Shown here piece after piece: positions 13,440-15,676 of a stretch of 15,676 nt of DNA (position 1 is its first letter; every line of letters starts with the position of its first letter). Source of the stretch: Verrucomicrobiota bacterium (lineage in GTDB: Bacteria > Verrucomicrobiota > Verrucomicrobiia > Opitutales > Cerasicoccaceae); the NCBI GenBank assembly GCA_039818205.1, contig JBCBUK010000032.1, positions 1 through 15,676 on the forward strand, read 5' to 3'. The translations under genes and the position numbers were made by a program. Under the pieces are notes generated by a model. The model saw only the letters and a list, made by a program, of their open reading frames with translations. It made no database searches and had not been told where the DNA came from.

Positions 13440-14800
13440 CAATAATCGCTCCGTATGCGTTCCCATAGTTGTGCGGTGGATGGCTGAGTTGCCGTCCACC
13501 AGTCATTGAAATCGTCACCACGTTCACCGAGCTCCCACAGCCCAACGCGATCGTGACCGACAAGCTTACGCATCCGGTCAACCAGGCCAGCGACCGCCGG
13601 CTTACCGGCTTTAAAGTCCGCCGGGCGCCCCTTCCACAAGTCGCCCGCCGTATCGTTGTCCGGCAGCATCAACACCCGCGGCCGTTTCCGATCGAGCACC
13701 CAGCCATAATGCCGCAAGAAGGGCTCTACCCCCTGCGCACCGCGGAGACCCAGCACACAGGTGGATGCCCGCAAGCTATCATCAAAGCCCCCAAGCGCAC
13801 CCCAGGCGGTTATGGCATCCCATTGGCCCTCGCAAAGCACGAATAAATCGGCGTCCACTGGATCCCCCATCACAAAGGGCGCAGCCTCGATGCGACGCCC
13901 GTGTGCCTTCACCTTTCGCTGAAAGTCATTGCGCGGCCGTGTCGCCTCAAACAACGCCGGTAGATACATCCACGACTTACTAAGATCTCGGCGGAAAAAG
14001 CGTTGATGATAGCCCGTCCAGCACCACGTCAGCGAGTCATAGGAGGCAGTCCACTGCGGCACCTCCACCGCAAAGGCCAATCCCACCAGGGACTCATGCC
14101 AGGCGCGATCATCCCAGTCCCGCGCCTCCCACGGCAACATCGGCGCCGACACCTTGCCAGCCTCAATCAATTCATGCGCCCAATGCCCAGGCCAGCCCCG
14201 CTCGTGCGCCATGGCGGCGCCCCACTTCGAGGCCCACTCCCAGCCCGCACGATAGTGCGCTTGCAGGAAATCGGGTAAGGACTCAACCGGCATCACCTCG
14301 GGCAAAGGCGCATTGGCGGCCGAGCGCGCACGGTCCAACACCCGCGACACTGCCGCGCGGTTCCGCTCACGCTCGAGCCGCCGCCGCGCCCCGTTACCTA
14401 TCCGTTTTCCCTTGTCACCCCTGACAAATGATTCCCAGTTCACCCCGGCCAACGTCAGCAGACGATCCCGCGCCTCAAGCTTCTCGCACCCCCAAGCCGC
14501 GACCGCAAACGCGAGCAAATCCCACGTCTCACCGGTCGACAAGTCTTTCGCCCCCACCACGCGACCACGCCGGCCGCCGTCCTCTGCCCCGCAAAGTAAA
14601 AAGTGCGGCGTCTTGCCATCGTCGCGAAACGGGGAAAACACCCTCACGCCGGCCGAGGGCTCCGTGCGCTCACGTGAGCCGCGCAAATCAATCCCCGCAT
14701 CGCGGGCGATATCCAGCAGATCAAGAATCTGCCGAGCCTGCCCCCATGCTTGCCAGCGCGCCTCTTGCGCCGTCGGTTTATCAATCGCTTGTTTAGCCAT
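13439..14800 (-). CDS. DNA primase (TOPRIM domain, degenerate CHC2-like N-terminal domain)
   Basis: FVLCEGQWDAI, LPDNDTAG (DxD) and GDDFNDWW TOPRIM motifs. N-terminal SPFRDDGKTPHF...KDLSTGETWD resembles the CHC2 zinc-finger scaffold. Confidence 0.85.
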   Translation of the reverse strand: MAKQAIDKPTAQEARWQAWGQARQILDLLDIARDAGIDLRGSRERTEPSAGVRVFSPFRDDGKTPHFLLCGAEDGGRRGRVVGAKDLSTGETWDLLAFAVAAWGCEKLEARDRLLTLAGVNWESFVRGDKGKRIGNGARRRLERERNRAAVSRVLDRARSAANAPLPEVMPVESLPDFLQAHYRAGWEWASKWGAAMAHERGWPGHWAHELIEAGKVSAPMLPWEARDWDDRAWHESLVGLAFAVEVPQWTASYDSLTWCWTGYHQRFFRRDLSKSWMYLPALFEATRPRNDFQRKVKAHGRRIEAAPFVMGDPVDADLFVLCEGQWDAITAWGALGGFDDSLRASTCVLGLRGAQGVEPFLRHYGWVLDRKRPRVLMLPDNDTAGDLWKGRPADFKAGKPAVAGLVDRMRKLVGHDRVGLWELGERGDDFNDWWTATQPSTAQLWERIRSDY

Positions 14801-14848
14801 AACAAAAATTCACTACCTTTCAATCGCTTGTCTACTGCCCGGGCCGCC

Positions 14849-14877
14849 TTGACAGCGTGCCTGGTTGCTGGTCGGTT
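14849..14877 (+). promoter_or_regulatory. Putative sigma70 promoter for a leaderless transcript
   Basis: TTGACA, 17 nt spacer ending TGG, TCGGTT (weak -10 with extended TG), 7 nt, then ATG at 14885. Confidence 0.4.
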
Positions 14878-14884
14878 GGTGGGC

Positions 14885-15091
14885 ATGCCTTTCGTGATCA
14901 AGACCCAGTTTGACCAATACATAACGCTCGAGCACAGTTCCTCGGCGGTTAGCGGTGGTACGTCGTGGGGCATGGTCTACAATTTCTCGAACGACATTGC
15001 CGATGCCTGGCGCTTTGAGACGCATCAGGCGGCGGTTTACTGGCTCTCTAAGCGTGGTTTGATGCATATCAGTGTTGTTGAGGTGGAGTAG
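14885..15091 (+). CDS. Small hypothetical protein (68 aa), opposite to the operon
   Basis: MPFVIKTQFDQYITL...FSNDIADAWRFETHQAAVYWL...VVEVE reads as a globular protein, fills the gap between minus-strand genes, and has a promoter-like element upstream. Confidence 0.55.
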   Translation: MPFVIKTQFDQYITLEHSSSAVSGGTSWGMVYNFSNDIADAWRFETHQAAVYWLSKRGLMHISVVEVE

Positions 15092-15338
15092 CATCCCAAT
15101 CCCCCTTTAAGACGCACGTCCATTGGCCTGCCTCTGATCCATCCTCGCGAAAATCCATCGCTCCGTCCCCATCTAGGTTTTGAATCCAATCAACCTCGAT
15201 TTCCTCGACATCCAGAATCGAGCAACCATCGATTTCCAGCGGATGGCCAAAAGAGCGTTTATCAACTCTCACCGGCTTCCGTGCATGGCCTTGGTCGATC
15301 AGGTCGCCAAGTATTTGATGTAGTTTCCTTATAGTCAT
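15069..15338 (-). CDS. Hypothetical phage protein (89 aa)
   Basis: ATG with an AT-rich leader, MTIRKL..L start, acidic globular composition, co-oriented with its neighbours. Confidence 0.7.
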   Translation of the reverse strand: MTIRKLHQILGDLIDQGHARKPVRVDKRSFGHPLEIDGCSILDVEEIEVDWIQNLDGDGAMDFREDGSEAGQWTCVLKGDWDATPPQQH

Positions 15339-15362
15339 AACGCTTTCTCTATAGTTAATTGT

Positions 15363-15605
15363 TCAGTCGCTCGCCGGTTCGGGGTTATGGGTGTCACCGT
15401 AGGCATTCACCCAGTCGGGAAGTTCTTTGCCTGCGCGAAAATCCAAGGCGTATTGCACGGCCTTTGCTGAATCGACAACGCGACCGGATAACCTCACCGA
15501 CCAAACAATGTTACCAAAACGATCTCGTCGTATAACATCCCCGGTTCCATTCCCACAGAAACGCATGATCCATCTTACCTGAGTTGATGCTCGTCTCTCC
15601 TTCAC
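15363..15605 (-). CDS. Hypothetical phage protein (80 aa)
   Basis: GTG start overlaps the upstream stop (GTGA), preceded by purine-rich GGAAGGGGG. Co-oriented. Confidence 0.6.
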   Translation of the reverse strand: MKERRASTQVRWIMRFCGNGTGDVIRRDRFGNIVWSVRLSGRVVDSAKAVQYALDFRAGKELPDWVNAYGDTHNPEPASD

Positions 15606-15676
15606 TCTCCGCCCCCTTCCTGATCAGGATTAGATTCGCGAAGACCCTTAGAGATATTCGAAAGCACTATTCCGCG
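15602..15676 (-). CDS. 3' end of an upstream gene (partial)
   Basis: Open frame from the window edge (RGIVLSNISKGLRESNPDQEGGGE*) ending in a TGA that overlaps the next GTG. Confidence 0.45.
   Translation of the reverse strand, partial: RGIVLSNISKGLRESNPDQEGGGE

Larger units (their letters stand above)
1..15676 (-). mobile_element. Tailed bacteriophage/prophage segment (replication, DNA packaging, head, part of a structural gene)
   Basis: Co-oriented primase, helicase, MTase, terminase subunits, portal, protease and capsid genes in canonical phage order. No host housekeeping genes, integrase or att site are visible, so free phage versus prophage cannot be decided. Confidence 0.95.

Noticed and set aside
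14813..15094. 93-aa minus ORF (and 14644..14973)
   Set aside because: Less protein-like than the + ORF on the same DNA. Not fully excluded, since it is co-oriented with the operon.
1..15676. tRNA/rRNA genes, integrase, invertase, transposase, reverse transcriptase (DGR), restriction endonuclease
   Set aside because: No supporting motifs or long repeats seen.

Overview
This window is a 15.7-kb piece of a tailed phage or prophage, almost entirely on the minus strand. Read right to left it holds: small early ORFs; a TOPRIM primase; a C5 DNA methyltransferase encoded as two fully overlapping frames; a P-loop (SF3/D5-like) helicase; an iteron-rich putative origin; an HTH protein; a DUF3102-like protein; a cos-like site; and a lambda-type packaging and head module (terS, GpA-type terL, gpW-position protein, lambda-family portal, ClpP-type protease with scaffold tail, major capsid). 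Left of the capsid gene the expected neck and tail genes are missing, and a ~1.1-kb piece of a large structural gene (FCCH-like, SGNH-like, LamG) is inverted relative to its own C-terminal half. The most notable signals are: (1) a GTTGAC-N14/15-ATG element at the start of five genes, twice directly after a terminator; (2) the dual-frame methyltransferase, with equal-length frames offset by 4 nt and a coupling mini-ORF in the third frame; (3) the inversion plus deletion. All family calls come from motifs recognised by eye; no database searches were run.
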